Origin: Candidatus Staskawiczbacteria bacterium RIFOXYD1_FULL_32_13
GTDB taxonomy: Bacteria; Patescibacteriota; Minisyncoccia; Minisyncoccales; Staskawiczbacteraceae
Reading direction: 5' to 3'
Assembly: GCA_001820485.1 (NCBI GenBank)
Contig: MHPU01000026.1
Location: 17,873 to 64,693, forward strand
DNA length: 46,821 nt
Each line of letters opens with the position of its first letter. Position 1 is the stretch's first letter. Positions 7,021 to 16,479 of the stretch are shown in pieces. The notes under the pieces were generated by a model, which saw only the letters and a list, made by a program, of their open reading frames with translations, was not told the DNA's origin and searched no databases. A program made the position numbers and the translations under genes.

Positions 7021-9072
7021 CTATTTTAACATTTTTAAGAATTCTTCTTCAGAAACTATTTTTACTCCTAATTTTTCAGCTTTTGATAGTTTAGATCCAG
7101 CCTCAGCTCCTGCTACTACAAAACTGGTTTTATTAGATACTGATTCTGAAACATCGCCCCCTAATTCTCTAATTTTTTCCCTAGCAATATCACGAGACAT
7201 TGATTCTAAAGCACCAGTAAGTACGAAACTTAAGCCCTTTAATATCTCTTTCCTCCCATTAGCTTCCTGTTTTTTTATCTTAACTGCTTTCTCTAATTTA
7301 TTTAAAAACTTTATATTATCTTTATCGCTAAACCACTCTACAATTGATTTTGCAACAACTGGGCCTATATTTAAAACATTTTCTAAATCTTGTAATTTAA
7401 CGTTTCTTAAATTTTCAATTGATTTAAAAATTTTTGCCAAGTCAATGGCTGTTTCCTCTCCAACATTGCGAATTCCTAAAGCATATATAAATTTTGATAA
7501 AGTAATTTCTGATCTTTCTTTAATGGATTTTATTAAATTTTCTGCAGATTTTTCTCCAAATCTCTCAAGTCCTTCCAAATCCCCCTCTTTTAAAGAAAAA
7601 ATATCTGAAGGATCAGAAACTAAAGCTTCATCTAAAAGCCTATTTATAATTTTAGGGCCTAATCCCTCAATATCAAAAGCAGATTTAGAAACAAAATGAT
7701 AAAAATTCCTACGAGTTCTAGCAAAACATTTTGCATTAGGACAAAATAATATAATCCCTGTTTCTGACCCGCCTGCATCGCTACGCGAAACATTGCGGGC
7801 AGGTTTTTGTAACTTAGTCCCGCAAGCTGGACAAATTTCTGGCATTTTAAAAGATTTTTCTTTTCCAGTTCTTAATTCTGTTAGAACTCTGATAATATCT
7901 GGAATTACATCCCCAGCCCTTCCAACAATTACAGAATCTCCAATTTTAATACCCAATCTTTTTATTTCATCTTCATTGTGCAAAGTGGCTCTTGTAATTG
8001 TAGCTCCAGAAATATTAACTGGTTTTAAAACAGCAACCGGTGTGATTGCTCCAGTTCTTCCGACTTGAACTTTTATGTCTTCTACTTCTGTTGTAGCTTG
8101 AATCAAAGGAAATTTAAAAGCAATGCCTGCACGCGGAGCTTTACCTATAACTCCAAGTTTTTCAAAAATTTCATTGTTATTTACTAATACAACTATCCCA
8201 TCAATTTCATAACCTAAGGAAACTCTATTTTTTTGCCAATAATTATGAAAATGAAAAACTTCTTCTAAATTCTTGCAATATTTATTATTTTTATTTGTTT
8301 TAAATCCTAAATTTTCTAAAATTTTATGCTTATCCTCATGAGTCTTTTGACCCCAGCCTTCGCCAAGGCTACGGTGGGCAGGCAAAATTAAATCGTAAGC
8401 ATAAGAGTCCAACCTTCTTTCTGAAGTAACTTTTGGGTCAAGTTGTCTTACAGATCCTGCAACAATATTTCTTGGATTAGCATACAATGGCAGGCCCCTT
8501 TGCAATTGAAGTTTATTTATATTTTCAAACTCTTTTTTTGAAATAAAAGCCTCGCCTCTAATTGTTAAATTTTTTTTGTCTTTTATATTAAGTGGGATAG
8601 CTTGAATTGTTTTTAAATTTTGTGTTATATCTTCTCCAATTGCTCCATCTCCCCTAGTTGATCCTGTTTTTAAAAATCCATTTTCATAAATTAATTCAAT
8701 TGCTAAACCATCAATTTTTAACTCACAATAAAAATCAATTTTTTGTTTTTCTTTTTCTGTTAAAAGTTTAGAAAATCTATCTTGCCAAGACTGCATATCT
8801 TCCTTTGAAAAGGCATCATTAAAAGATAACATCCTTTCTTGATGCTTTATTTTTTTAAATTCTTTTTGAGCTTCTCCACCAATTCTTTGAGTTGGAGAAT
8901 CTTTAGTCATAAATTCTGGGTTTTCTTGCTCCAAATCAAAAAGCTCTTTTTTAAGAGAGTCGAGCGCTGAATCTGAAATTTCTTGTTTATCTTTTACATG
9001 ATAAAGATATCTATGATAATTAATCAATTCCTTTAACTTTTCTATTCTTTTTCTTATTTCTTGTTTGTTCAT
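7021..9072 (-). CDS. ligA: NAD-dependent DNA ligase
   Basis: Adenylation motif ELKIDGLA (KxDG), Zn finger CPACG...CPNAKC, HhH region and C-terminal BRCT (LSFVLTGAL). Confidence 0.95.
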   Translation of the reverse strand: MNKQEIRKRIEKLKELINYHRYLYHVKDKQEISDSALDSLKKELFDLEQENPEFMTKDSPTQRIGGEAQKEFKKIKHQERMLSFNDAFSKEDMQSWQDRFSKLLTEKEKQKIDFYCELKIDGLAIELIYENGFLKTGSTRGDGAIGEDITQNLKTIQAIPLNIKDKKNLTIRGEAFISKKEFENINKLQLQRGLPLYANPRNIVAGSVRQLDPKVTSERRLDSYAYDLILPAHRSLGEGWGQKTHEDKHKILENLGFKTNKNNKYCKNLEEVFHFHNYWQKNRVSLGYEIDGIVVLVNNNEIFEKLGVIGKAPRAGIAFKFPLIQATTEVEDIKVQVGRTGAITPVAVLKPVNISGATITRATLHNEDEIKRLGIKIGDSVIVGRAGDVIPDIIRVLTELRTGKEKSFKMPEICPACGTKLQKPARNVSRSDAGGSETGIILFCPNAKCFARTRRNFYHFVSKSAFDIEGLGPKIINRLLDEALVSDPSDIFSLKEGDLEGLERFGEKSAENLIKSIKERSEITLSKFIYALGIRNVGEETAIDLAKIFKSIENLRNVKLQDLENVLNIGPVVAKSIVEWFSDKDNIKFLNKLEKAVKIKKQEANGRKEILKGLSFVLTGALESMSRDIAREKIRELGGDVSESVSNKTSFVVAGAEAGSKLSKAEKLGVKIVSEEEFLKMLK

Positions 9073-9082
9073 AATATTTAAT

Positions 9083-9883
9083 CTACTGACCTGTTATTGG
9101 AAACTTTATAGATTCTCCACAATTGTTAAATATATCACAAGCCTTGATATAAACAAAATAATAACCATCTTGTAAACTCCATGTTCCTGCATAACTGTCT
9201 TCTACTCCCTCAGGTAAAATAAGCCATACAACATCAACATCTGGATCATTTGGATTATTAGAATTCCTAATATGTGCTTTTACACTTAAAGGATCTACCC
9301 CATCTATATCAATAACATCTGCTGAAATTACAACTAAACCTGCAGAATACATAGCTAATGGGTTATTTATAAAAGGATTTGAGGAAGATAGATCCTTATT
9401 TGCAATTTGTAAATTAATAGCTCTACTTGTATTTTTATAAAATCCTTTAACAGAAATATCTAAATTATAATAATCTCCATTAGGAAAAATTGTTGCTAAA
9501 GTTTCAAAATAAAGATTATTCTGAACATCAATAACGGTTTTATAAGAAACTCTACAACTTCTACAAAAATTACAATCTTCTCCTTCTGCGACACAATTTT
9601 GACAATCAGCTGGGAGGCAAGAATTGCATATATTACATACTCCACTAGCCACTCCTTCAGGGAAACTTGGAATTTTTTGTCTACTATAATATAAAGTTTT
9701 TTCAACACCAGAATCAGCCATATAAAATGCCACTAACGAATCTCCTAAATTTCTAATTTCTTTAAACTCATTTACTAAAATAGTGCTCAAACCCAAAACA
9801 ACTGACAAAATTGCTGTCATTATAAAAAATACCATTAATAAAGAAATTCCTGCCTGCGCAGTCAGGTCTTTTTGCTTTTGCAT
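9083..9883 (-). CDS. Pilus-associated Cys-rich protein with PilX_N-like hydrophobic N-terminus
   Basis: N-terminal GISLLMVFFIMTAILSVVLGL. Cys block CNICNSCLPADCQNCVAEGEDCNFCRSC. It is the last gene of the minor-pilin run. Confidence 0.4.
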   Translation of the reverse strand: MQKQKDLTAQAGISLLMVFFIMTAILSVVLGLSTILVNEFKEIRNLGDSLVAFYMADSGVEKTLYYSRQKIPSFPEGVASGVCNICNSCLPADCQNCVAEGEDCNFCRSCRVSYKTVIDVQNNLYFETLATIFPNGDYYNLDISVKGFYKNTSRAINLQIANKDLSSSNPFINNPLAMYSAGLVVISADVIDIDGVDPLSVKAHIRNSNNPNDPDVDVVWLILPEGVEDSYAGTWSLQDGYYFVYIKACDIFNNCGESIKFPITGQ

Positions 9884-9895
9884 ATTTAAAAATAT

Positions 9896-10507
9896 TTATC
9901 TTATATTTATATTCCTCTGAGATACTGTTGTTTGAATTTTAATCGGCTGGCTAATTAATTCTACAAGCTCAGCATCTAAAAGAATGGTAATTCTAGATTG
10001 GATATCATCTGTTTCAGAAGAATAAGTAATAGTTCCACCACCTACATTACTATTAATTATAAATCTTAAAGAATTTATTTTTATTTTATTTGAAGTTAAT
10101 GCTATTGGTGTTTCTAAATCTCTTGCTACCTTTAAAATTGCTGGTTTTGATAAATCAGCTTCATCTTTATCTAAAAAGAATTCCTGACAAATATTATTAT
10201 CTGATTGATTTATAAATTTTATACCTAAATATTCACCACTACCTGCAGTATCTTGTCTTGTTAATAAAAAATTCCTTCCCTCAGCACCCAAACAATCTCC
10301 TGTTAAATCACGTCCTGCCATTCTCATTGATTTACTCATATATTCTAAAGCATAACTTAATTGACCATAAAGTCCTTGTCTGGCTAATATTCTTCTCTGT
10401 TCTAATATAGCTGAAACAAAAAGACTAGCAGAAATACCTGATATAACTAAAAGAACACTCATCGATACCAACAACTCTATTAAAGTAAACCCTTTTTGAT
10501 ATTTCAT
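9896..10507 (-). CDS. Minor (pseudo)pilin, prepilin-type N-terminal cleavage/methylation domain
   Basis: MKYQKG|FTLIELLVSMSVLLVISG. I prefer the ATG at 10507 over the track start at 10522 (TTG), because it gives a short leader and no overlap. Confidence 0.75.
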   Translation of the reverse strand: MKYQKGFTLIELLVSMSVLLVISGISASLFVSAILEQRRILARQGLYGQLSYALEYMSKSMRMAGRDLTGDCLGAEGRNFLLTRQDTAGSGEYLGIKFINQSDNNICQEFFLDKDEADLSKPAILKVARDLETPIALTSNKIKINSLRFIINSNVGGGTITYSSETDDIQSRITILLDAELVELISQPIKIQTTVSQRNINIR

Positions 10508-10512
10508 ATATT

Positions 10513-11079
10513 TTAATACCAATTATATAAAAATTCCTCTATTTGCGCAGAAAATTGACTTCCCTTATATTCCCAAGTTACCGATGCAATAACTCTTATA
10601 ATATCATCTCCAATAAAATAATCATCAGAGCCAACAGGAAAAACATCGTCTGACCCAGAAGGGTCATGAAATCCACTAATAGTAATTTTTCTCTTAAAAA
10701 TTGTCTGAGAATAATTTCCTGAATTATTATAAGAATAAATATTATTACTATCAATATTTAAAAATCTACCTTCGTTTATATAAGGAATTAGCTGACCACC
10801 AGATTCTACATTGTAATCAACTTCGAAATCACATCCTGTCAAGCAGTTACCATTATCAATTCTTTCTAACCAATTTCCGGTATTTTTAACCCAATTATCA
10901 TCTCTAATATTTTTTGCTATTTCCATTCCTTCTTGAGCTAGATAAAAAGCAGTTAACTTATAGGGATAATTATTTGCTTGCTTTGACATATCAAAAAAAA
11001 CTCCATAAATAACTATAGTTCCTACAATTAAAATAAATATAGCAATTATAGTTTCTATTAAAGTAAACCCTTTTGACAT
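10513..11079 (-). CDS. Minor (pseudo)pilin
   Basis: MSKG|FTLIETIIAIFILIVG class III signal. Confidence 0.75.
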   Translation of the reverse strand: MSKGFTLIETIIAIFILIVGTIVIYGVFFDMSKQANNYPYKLTAFYLAQEGMEIAKNIRDDNWVKNTGNWLERIDNGNCLTGCDFEVDYNVESGGQLIPYINEGRFLNIDSNNIYSYNNSGNYSQTIFKRKITISGFHDPSGSDDVFPVGSDDYFIGDDIIRVIASVTWEYKGSQFSAQIEEFLYNWY

Positions 11080-11104
11080 AAAAAATATTTAATAAATATT
11101 AAAA

Positions 11105-11671
11105 TTAATACCATATTAAACCTGACTTATTTACATATATTGTTCTTGTTGTTTCGGGTTTTGACTCTATGGCAATAACAATTTCTACTGTGTCTGTGCC
11201 TTGTAATAAATTTGTTATTGTAGTATTAAAATTTGGAGGAGCAAAATTAATGCTCAATCTACTCGTTCCATTGTGTATTTCTTTTATTATTATACCTGGT
11301 TCAGGCAAACTTAAATCAATTTCTTTCGAGACAAAATCTTCATTAACATTATATTGCCTATCTCCATCAATATCAGCATAAATAATATATTTTTTATTCC
11401 CCAAGACAGCTGAATCAAAATAAACTCCATATCCTTTGGGATAAATTATTTCTCCATTTGATAATGTTTCAAAAGATCCTGAACTACTTTGACTTTGAGC
11501 AGTTTTTAAATCTTGCGAAATTATATGGACAGCTCTACTCAAATTTAATTGCAGTCTAATACTTGGGAAATCAGCCACTATTACTGCAGAAAGAATAGAA
11601 ATAATAGAAATAATAACAATAATTTCAATTAAAGTAATGCCTTTATTTTTATTTAATATTTTATATTTCAT
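11105..11671 (-). CDS. Minor (pseudo)pilin (GspH/FimT-like position)
   Basis: MKYKILNKNKG|ITLIEIIVIISIISILSAV. The ATG at 11671 abuts the pilD stop (11674). The track's longer start would overlap pilD. Confidence 0.7.
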   Translation of the reverse strand: MKYKILNKNKGITLIEIIVIISIISILSAVIVADFPSIRLQLNLSRAVHIISQDLKTAQSQSSSGSFETLSNGEIIYPKGYGVYFDSAVLGNKKYIIYADIDGDRQYNVNEDFVSKEIDLSLPEPGIIIKEIHNGTSRLSINFAPPNFNTTITNLLQGTDTVEIVIAIESKPETTRTIYVNKSGLIWY

Positions 11672-11673
11672 TT

Positions 11674-12561
11674 TTAAAATAAAACTAAATTTAAATACCA
11701 AGTAACTATTTTTTCTCCCCAAAACATAGCCAAAAATGTACCAAAAATTAAGAAAGGACCAAATGGAATTTCACTCTTTGAATTTTTTTTTTCCAAAATC
11801 ATCAACATTATACCTATTATAGCACCAAAAAAGAAAGATAAAAATAAACCAACTAGAATATTTGGAAATCCCAAGATAAGTCCTAATAAAATTGCTAACT
11901 TAACATCGCCAAATCCCATCCATTTTCCTTGTGAAACAAGCCAAATAAAAAAGAAAAAACCAACTCCGATTAAAACTGCATAAAAATAATTAAATAATAG
12001 AGCAGAAATTCCAAAATTTAAATTCCAAATCACAAACAAATCCCAATTTCCAAAACTCAAAAATTCTAAAATACGATAAGCTAGTGCGATTATTATAGCT
12101 GGAAATAAGACATTGTCTGGAATTAAATAATGCTTTAAATCATAAACAAAAATTATTATTAATGAAGAGGCAATATAAAACCAAAATATTAAAGCCACTA
12201 TCATTCCTGCGAAAGCGGAAGGCCAGAGTTCTTGCGCTAATCCATGATTCCCAATTAAACTAGAAATGATACTAGACTTATTGAAAATTAACAAAAATAT
12301 TAGCCCAGTTGCCAATTCTACAGCTGGATATTGCCAAGATATTTTTGCCCTGCAATATCTACACTTCCCAAGTAAATATAAATAACTAAAAACCGGAAAT
12401 AAATCTTTCCATATCAACTTATGTCTACAACTAGGGCAAAAACTTCTACCTTCTAAAAAACTTTTTTCTTCTTCAGTTCTATATATAACCACATTCAAAA
12501 AACTACCAATACACAAGCCCAATAAATAAACAAATAAATAAATTAAAAATTCTAAAATCAT
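11674..12561 (-). CDS. pilD: Prepilin peptidase (A24 family)
   Basis: N-terminal CPSC...CRYC zinc motif. Catalytic Asp motifs appear in FGDVKL and the PFGPFL region. Polytopic membrane protein. Confidence 0.85.
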   Translation of the reverse strand: MILEFLIYLFVYLLGLCIGSFLNVVIYRTEEEKSFLEGRSFCPSCRHKLIWKDLFPVFSYLYLLGKCRYCRAKISWQYPAVELATGLIFLLIFNKSSIISSLIGNHGLAQELWPSAFAGMIVALIFWFYIASSLIIIFVYDLKHYLIPDNVLFPAIIIALAYRILEFLSFGNWDLFVIWNLNFGISALLFNYFYAVLIGVGFFFFIWLVSQGKWMGFGDVKLAILLGLILGFPNILVGLFLSFFFGAIIGIMLMILEKKNSKSEIPFGPFLIFGTFLAMFWGEKIVTWYLNLVLF

Positions 12562-12623
12562 AAATTATTCTAGCTACAAATACTAAAATCTAAATTCTAA
12601 TTATTTAATTATACCAAAATTTA

Positions 12624-12658
12624 CACAAAAAAACACTCCCTGTTTAATAGGGAGTGTT
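12624..12658 (-). terminator. Intrinsic terminator after pilA
   Basis: Perfect 10-bp stem AACACTCCCT/AGGGAGTGTT (12632-12658), followed on the minus strand by a T7 run. Confidence 0.8.
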
Positions 12659-12680
12659 TTAGCTATATTTTAATCATTAA

Positions 12681-13106
12681 TTAGGCGTCTGCTGCGCAAT
12701 CTGCTGTTGCTGCTTCACAATCTGCTGTAGCTCCTTTATATCCTGTACTATCAACACACCAGTTTGTTCCATCATTTAATTCTGCCTCTATACAAAATGC
12801 CCCTCCAACAGGAGCACCTGTGGAAATTTGAACAGATTGAGCTTTTCCAGTGCCATTTGCTCCATCAATAGCTGTTAAACCAGCTGCAAAAGTTGCATCT
12901 GCATCAACCCCTGTATAGACACTGCTATGACTATCATACCAAGCCGCAGCAATTGTTACCATATTTGCCATATTTCCTTTAATTGAGGCATCTTTACCTT
13001 TAGCTATATATTGCGTTACATTAACCAATACTACTGCAGCTAATACTGCAATAATTGCAATAACAACTAACAATTCAATAATTGTAAAACCTTTTGATGT
13101 TTTCAT
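12681..13106 (-). CDS. pilA: Major type IV pilin
   Basis: MKTSKG|FTIIELLVVIAIIAVLAAVVL. Small Ala/Gly-rich globular part with C-terminal Cys residues. It has its own terminator. Confidence 0.85.
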   Translation of the reverse strand: MKTSKGFTIIELLVVIAIIAVLAAVVLVNVTQYIAKGKDASIKGNMANMVTIAAAWYDSHSSVYTGVDADATFAAGLTAIDGANGTGKAQSVQISTGAPVGGAFCIEAELNDGTNWCVDSTGYKGATADCEAATADCAADA

Positions 13107-13258
13107 ATTTTTATTTTTAATTAATTATTTTTTTAAGATCTTAAAAAAAATTTACTACTAATTCTCGACCTTTTTAATTTTTTCTTTATTTATTATAATA
13201 TTTACCAATAAATCAAGCAATAGTATGCCTGTGGATAACTCTTGTGCTACGCACTCTC

Positions 13259-14467
13259 TTACATTCCTCCTAAAGTACTATAAAGTGGAGATAAAACAGA
13301 AACAGCTAAAAAGGCAACACAAATTCCCAAAAATATAATTAAAACTGGCTCTAAAAGAGCAGTAAATGTATCAACATCTCGTTTAATCTCTTTTTGATAA
13401 AAATTCACTATTTCTAATAAATTTTTATCTAATTTACCAGTATCTTCACCAACTTGAATCATTTGTACTACAAAAGAAGAAACATATTTAGGATATTTTT
13501 TTAAAGCAGAGCTAATTTTTTCGCCTTCTAAAACACTTTTTTCAGTTTCTGCTATTATTTCTTTATAAGTAATATTTTCAATTGTATCTTTTGTAATTTT
13601 TAAAGCTGTAACAATTGACAGTCCTGCTGAAATCAATGTTGAAAGATTTTCTGCAAATTTCACAAGATAAGTTTTTTGAAAAAATTCTCCTATTAAAGGA
13701 ATTCTTAAAGATAAAAAATCATATTGTTTCTTACCGTTTTTAGTTTTTAAATAATAGAATATAAATCCTATTAAACCAAAAAGGATTAATATAAAAACCC
13801 ACCAGTAAATTGATAAAAAAGCATAAAAATTAAGCATGAGTACTGTAAAAAATGGTGGTTTTGCAGGCGATTGTTTTACAAGCTCAATTAGCTTTGGCAT
13901 AACTACGACCATAACAATTCCCATAACAACAACTAATACTGAAATAACAAAAACCGGATAAATCATTGCACTTTTTATCTGAGAATTTATATCTGCCTCT
14001 CTTTCTAAATGGCGCGAAAGATAATCTAAAGATTCTGAAATTTTTCCAGAAGCTTCACCGCTTTTCATTAAATTTATAAAAAAAACATTAAAGACCTCAG
14101 GAAAAGCTGAAAAAGCTTCTGACAAAGAATTACCTTCGTCCACCAATTGAGAAATTTTTATAATTTTTTCTTTAAAAAATTGTTTTTTTGTTTGCTCAGA
14201 TAAACTAGCCAAACTTTGCACAACAGGTACGCGAGACTCCAATAAAACAGCCAATTGCCTAGAAAAAATAGCTAAATCTTTTTTAGATACTTTATTAAAA
14301 AAACTTATATTTTTACCAGAAAAAATACCCTGCTTTACTTCAACTAAAGAAGTTGCAAAAATATTATATTTAGAAAGAATATCAACAGCAGCTTCTTTCG
14401 AAGAAGCTTCAATAACTCCGCTCTCTACTGAACCTTCTTTGGACCTTGCTTTATATTTATATTTCAT
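13259..14467 (-). CDS. pilC: Type IV pilus platform protein (GspF/PilC family)
   Basis: About 400 aa with two T2SF repeats and three TM segments. Lies adjacent to pilT. Confidence 0.85.
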   Translation of the reverse strand: MKYKYKARSKEGSVESGVIEASSKEAAVDILSKYNIFATSLVEVKQGIFSGKNISFFNKVSKKDLAIFSRQLAVLLESRVPVVQSLASLSEQTKKQFFKEKIIKISQLVDEGNSLSEAFSAFPEVFNVFFINLMKSGEASGKISESLDYLSRHLEREADINSQIKSAMIYPVFVISVLVVVMGIVMVVVMPKLIELVKQSPAKPPFFTVLMLNFYAFLSIYWWVFILILFGLIGFIFYYLKTKNGKKQYDFLSLRIPLIGEFFQKTYLVKFAENLSTLISAGLSIVTALKITKDTIENITYKEIIAETEKSVLEGEKISSALKKYPKYVSSFVVQMIQVGEDTGKLDKNLLEIVNFYQKEIKRDVDTFTALLEPVLIIFLGICVAFLAVSVLSPLYSTLGGM

Positions 14468-15532
14468 TTATCTTAATAAATTTCTAATTTCTGCAGGATT
14501 ATAAGAATAGTCTACCGCATCTTTTAAAGATATTTCTTTTTTTCTTACTAAATCAACCAATGCCCTATTGAAAGAAATCATTCCTTCTTTTGAAGATGTT
14601 TCGATAACAGATGGTATCTCATGTGTTTTATTTTCTCTTATCAAAGTAGATACTGCAGTATTACATATTAAAACCTCACAAACAGGAATAAATCCCCCTT
14701 TAATCCTTGGAATTAATCTTTGAGAAACAATGCCTAAAAGAGAAGAAGCTAATTGAAATCTTATTTGATTTTGCTGGTCAGCTGAAAAAACATCAACAAT
14801 TCTATGAACTGTTTGAGAAGCAGAATTAGTGTGCAAAGTAGCAAAAACCAAATGTCCTGTTTCAGCTGCTGTGATTGTAGTTGATATAGTTTCTAAATCT
14901 CTCATTTCCCCTACCATAATAACATCTGGATTTTGCCTAAAAGTAGCTCTTAAAGCATTAGTAAAACTATGCGAATCTTGTCCTATTTCTCTTTGTTCAA
15001 TAACTGCTCTGTCTGGTTCATAAATATATTCTATTGGGTCTTCAATAGTAATTACATGCAATGATCTTGTGTGATTAATTTCATCAATTAATGCAGCTAA
15101 TGTTGTTGTTTTTCCTTGGCCAGAAGCTCCTGTCATTAAAACAAGTCCTTGATTTTTACTAGTAAATTCATGCAATACAGGAGGTATACCTAATTCCTCA
15201 ATTGTTCTTATTGTATATGGTATAAAACGTAACGCCATGCTTATATTATCCCTTTGAGAAAATACATTAACTCTAAATCTACTCTTCCCATCATAATCAT
15301 AAGAAAAATCAATTTCTTTTTCCTCCAAAAACTTTTTCTGTATATTTTCTTTCATAATAGAAAAAGCATATCCTTTTGCATCATCTGAATTAATAATTTT
15401 TTCTCTTGTTAATGGAACTAGCTGACCTGTTATTCTTATCATTGGAGAATGCCCTACAGACAAAATCAAATCAGATGCCTGTTCTTTTATTACTATTTCT
15501 AAAAATCTTCTAAATTCTTTTAAATAATCCAT
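14468..15532 (-). CDS. pilT: Twitching-motility retraction ATPase
   Basis: Walker A GASGQGKTT, Walker B/Asp box IMVGEMRD and His box GHLVFATLHTNSA. The ~350 aa size fits PilT. Confidence 0.85.
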   Translation of the reverse strand: MDYLKEFRRFLEIVIKEQASDLILSVGHSPMIRITGQLVPLTREKIINSDDAKGYAFSIMKENIQKKFLEEKEIDFSYDYDGKSRFRVNVFSQRDNISMALRFIPYTIRTIEELGIPPVLHEFTSKNQGLVLMTGASGQGKTTTLAALIDEINHTRSLHVITIEDPIEYIYEPDRAVIEQREIGQDSHSFTNALRATFRQNPDVIMVGEMRDLETISTTITAAETGHLVFATLHTNSASQTVHRIVDVFSADQQNQIRFQLASSLLGIVSQRLIPRIKGGFIPVCEVLICNTAVSTLIRENKTHEIPSVIETSSKEGMISFNRALVDLVRKKEISLKDAVDYSYNPAEIRNLLR

Positions 15533-15546
15533 ATTTTTATAAAAAA

Positions 15547-15912
15547 TTAATTAAGTATTTTTTTAACTTCTTCTGTTATTTGACTTGGCGTATTTTCTGT
15601 TTTAGTAAGATATTTTACTATATTATATATTGATCCCTTCTCTAAATCTTCTTTTTGAGAAAGTGCAGACAAAACTATTATTTTTAAATCCTTTAAATTT
15701 AATTCTTCTCTAACTATACGCAAAACTTCCCACCCTGAAATTTTAGGTAAAATAATATCTAACATTACTAAATCTGGGCTTAATTCCTTTATTTTATTTA
15801 TAGCCATTTGTCCATCTGAAGCTACTGTTACATTAAAACCAGCTACAGTTAACTGTTTTGTATAAATATCGATTAAAAAACTATCATCCTCAACCAAAAG
15901 TATATTTTTCAT
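15547..15912 (-). CDS. Stand-alone response-regulator receiver (CheY-like)
   Basis: ILLVEDD, phospho-acceptor context LVMLDIILP and a conserved late Lys. 121 aa with no output domain. Confidence 0.8.
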   Translation of the reverse strand: MKNILLVEDDSFLIDIYTKQLTVAGFNVTVASDGQMAINKIKELSPDLVMLDIILPKISGWEVLRIVREELNLKDLKIIVLSALSQKEDLEKGSIYNIVKYLTKTENTPSQITEEVKKILN

Positions 15913-15922
15913 ATTTTTTAAA

Positions 15923-16441
15923 TTATTTTGTAAAACCTAATTTATTATTATTTTTCTTTGATTTTTCATCATCCAAAAGTAAACCTAGAATATTAAATAT
16001 ACTTTTTATCTTTGAATCATATTTATTTTCCATTTCCATAATTTTTCTTTGTAAAGATTCATTGGTTGCCAACAATTCACGAATTTTCATGAAAGTCCTC
16101 ATAATCTGTATATTAACTTTTACTGCTTTCTTACTTTTTAAAACACCTGATAGCATCGCCACGCCTTGTTCTGTAAATGCTAATGGCAATTTTCGCAAAC
16201 CCATCTTTTCAGATTTGGATATCACAATTTGTGACATCCAATTTTTCACTTCTTCTTTATTTAGCTGGAACATAAAATCCTCTGGAAATCTATCAATGTT
16301 TCTTTTAACTGCCTGATTCAAAGTGCTCGTTTTGACATCATAAAGTTCAGCAATATCTCTATCAAGCATTACTTTTTTATTCCTAATAATATAAATCTTA
16401 CTGACGATTATTTCTGATGGAATTATTAAATTCTCTGACAT
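15923..16441 (-). CDS. ORF6N-domain DNA-binding protein (phage antirepressor-like)
   Basis: IRNKKVMLDRDIAELYDVKTSTLNQAVKRNIDRFPEDFMFQL matches my recollection of the ORF6N/KilA-N-type domain. Confidence 0.65.
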   Translation of the reverse strand: MSENLIIPSEIIVSKIYIIRNKKVMLDRDIAELYDVKTSTLNQAVKRNIDRFPEDFMFQLNKEEVKNWMSQIVISKSEKMGLRKLPLAFTEQGVAMLSGVLKSKKAVKVNIQIMRTFMKIRELLATNESLQRKIMEMENKYDSKIKSIFNILGLLLDDEKSKKNNNKLGFTK

Positions 16442-16479
16442 AATTTAATTAAAATTATTTTCTTTTTCTTTTTCCATTT

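Noticed and set aside
9896-11722. Longer track starts for two minor pilins (10522 TTG; 11722).
   Set aside because: They would give atypically long prepilin leaders and overlap the upstream genes. Internal ATGs at 10507 and 11671 give canonical short leaders ending in G|(F/I)TLIE.
13230-13238. Perfect DnaA box TGTGGATAA (TTATCCACA on the minus strand) between pilC and pilA.
   Set aside because: It is a single 9-mer. About one such hit is expected by chance in a window this size, and there is no cluster, AT-rich unwinding element or dnaA/dnaN context.
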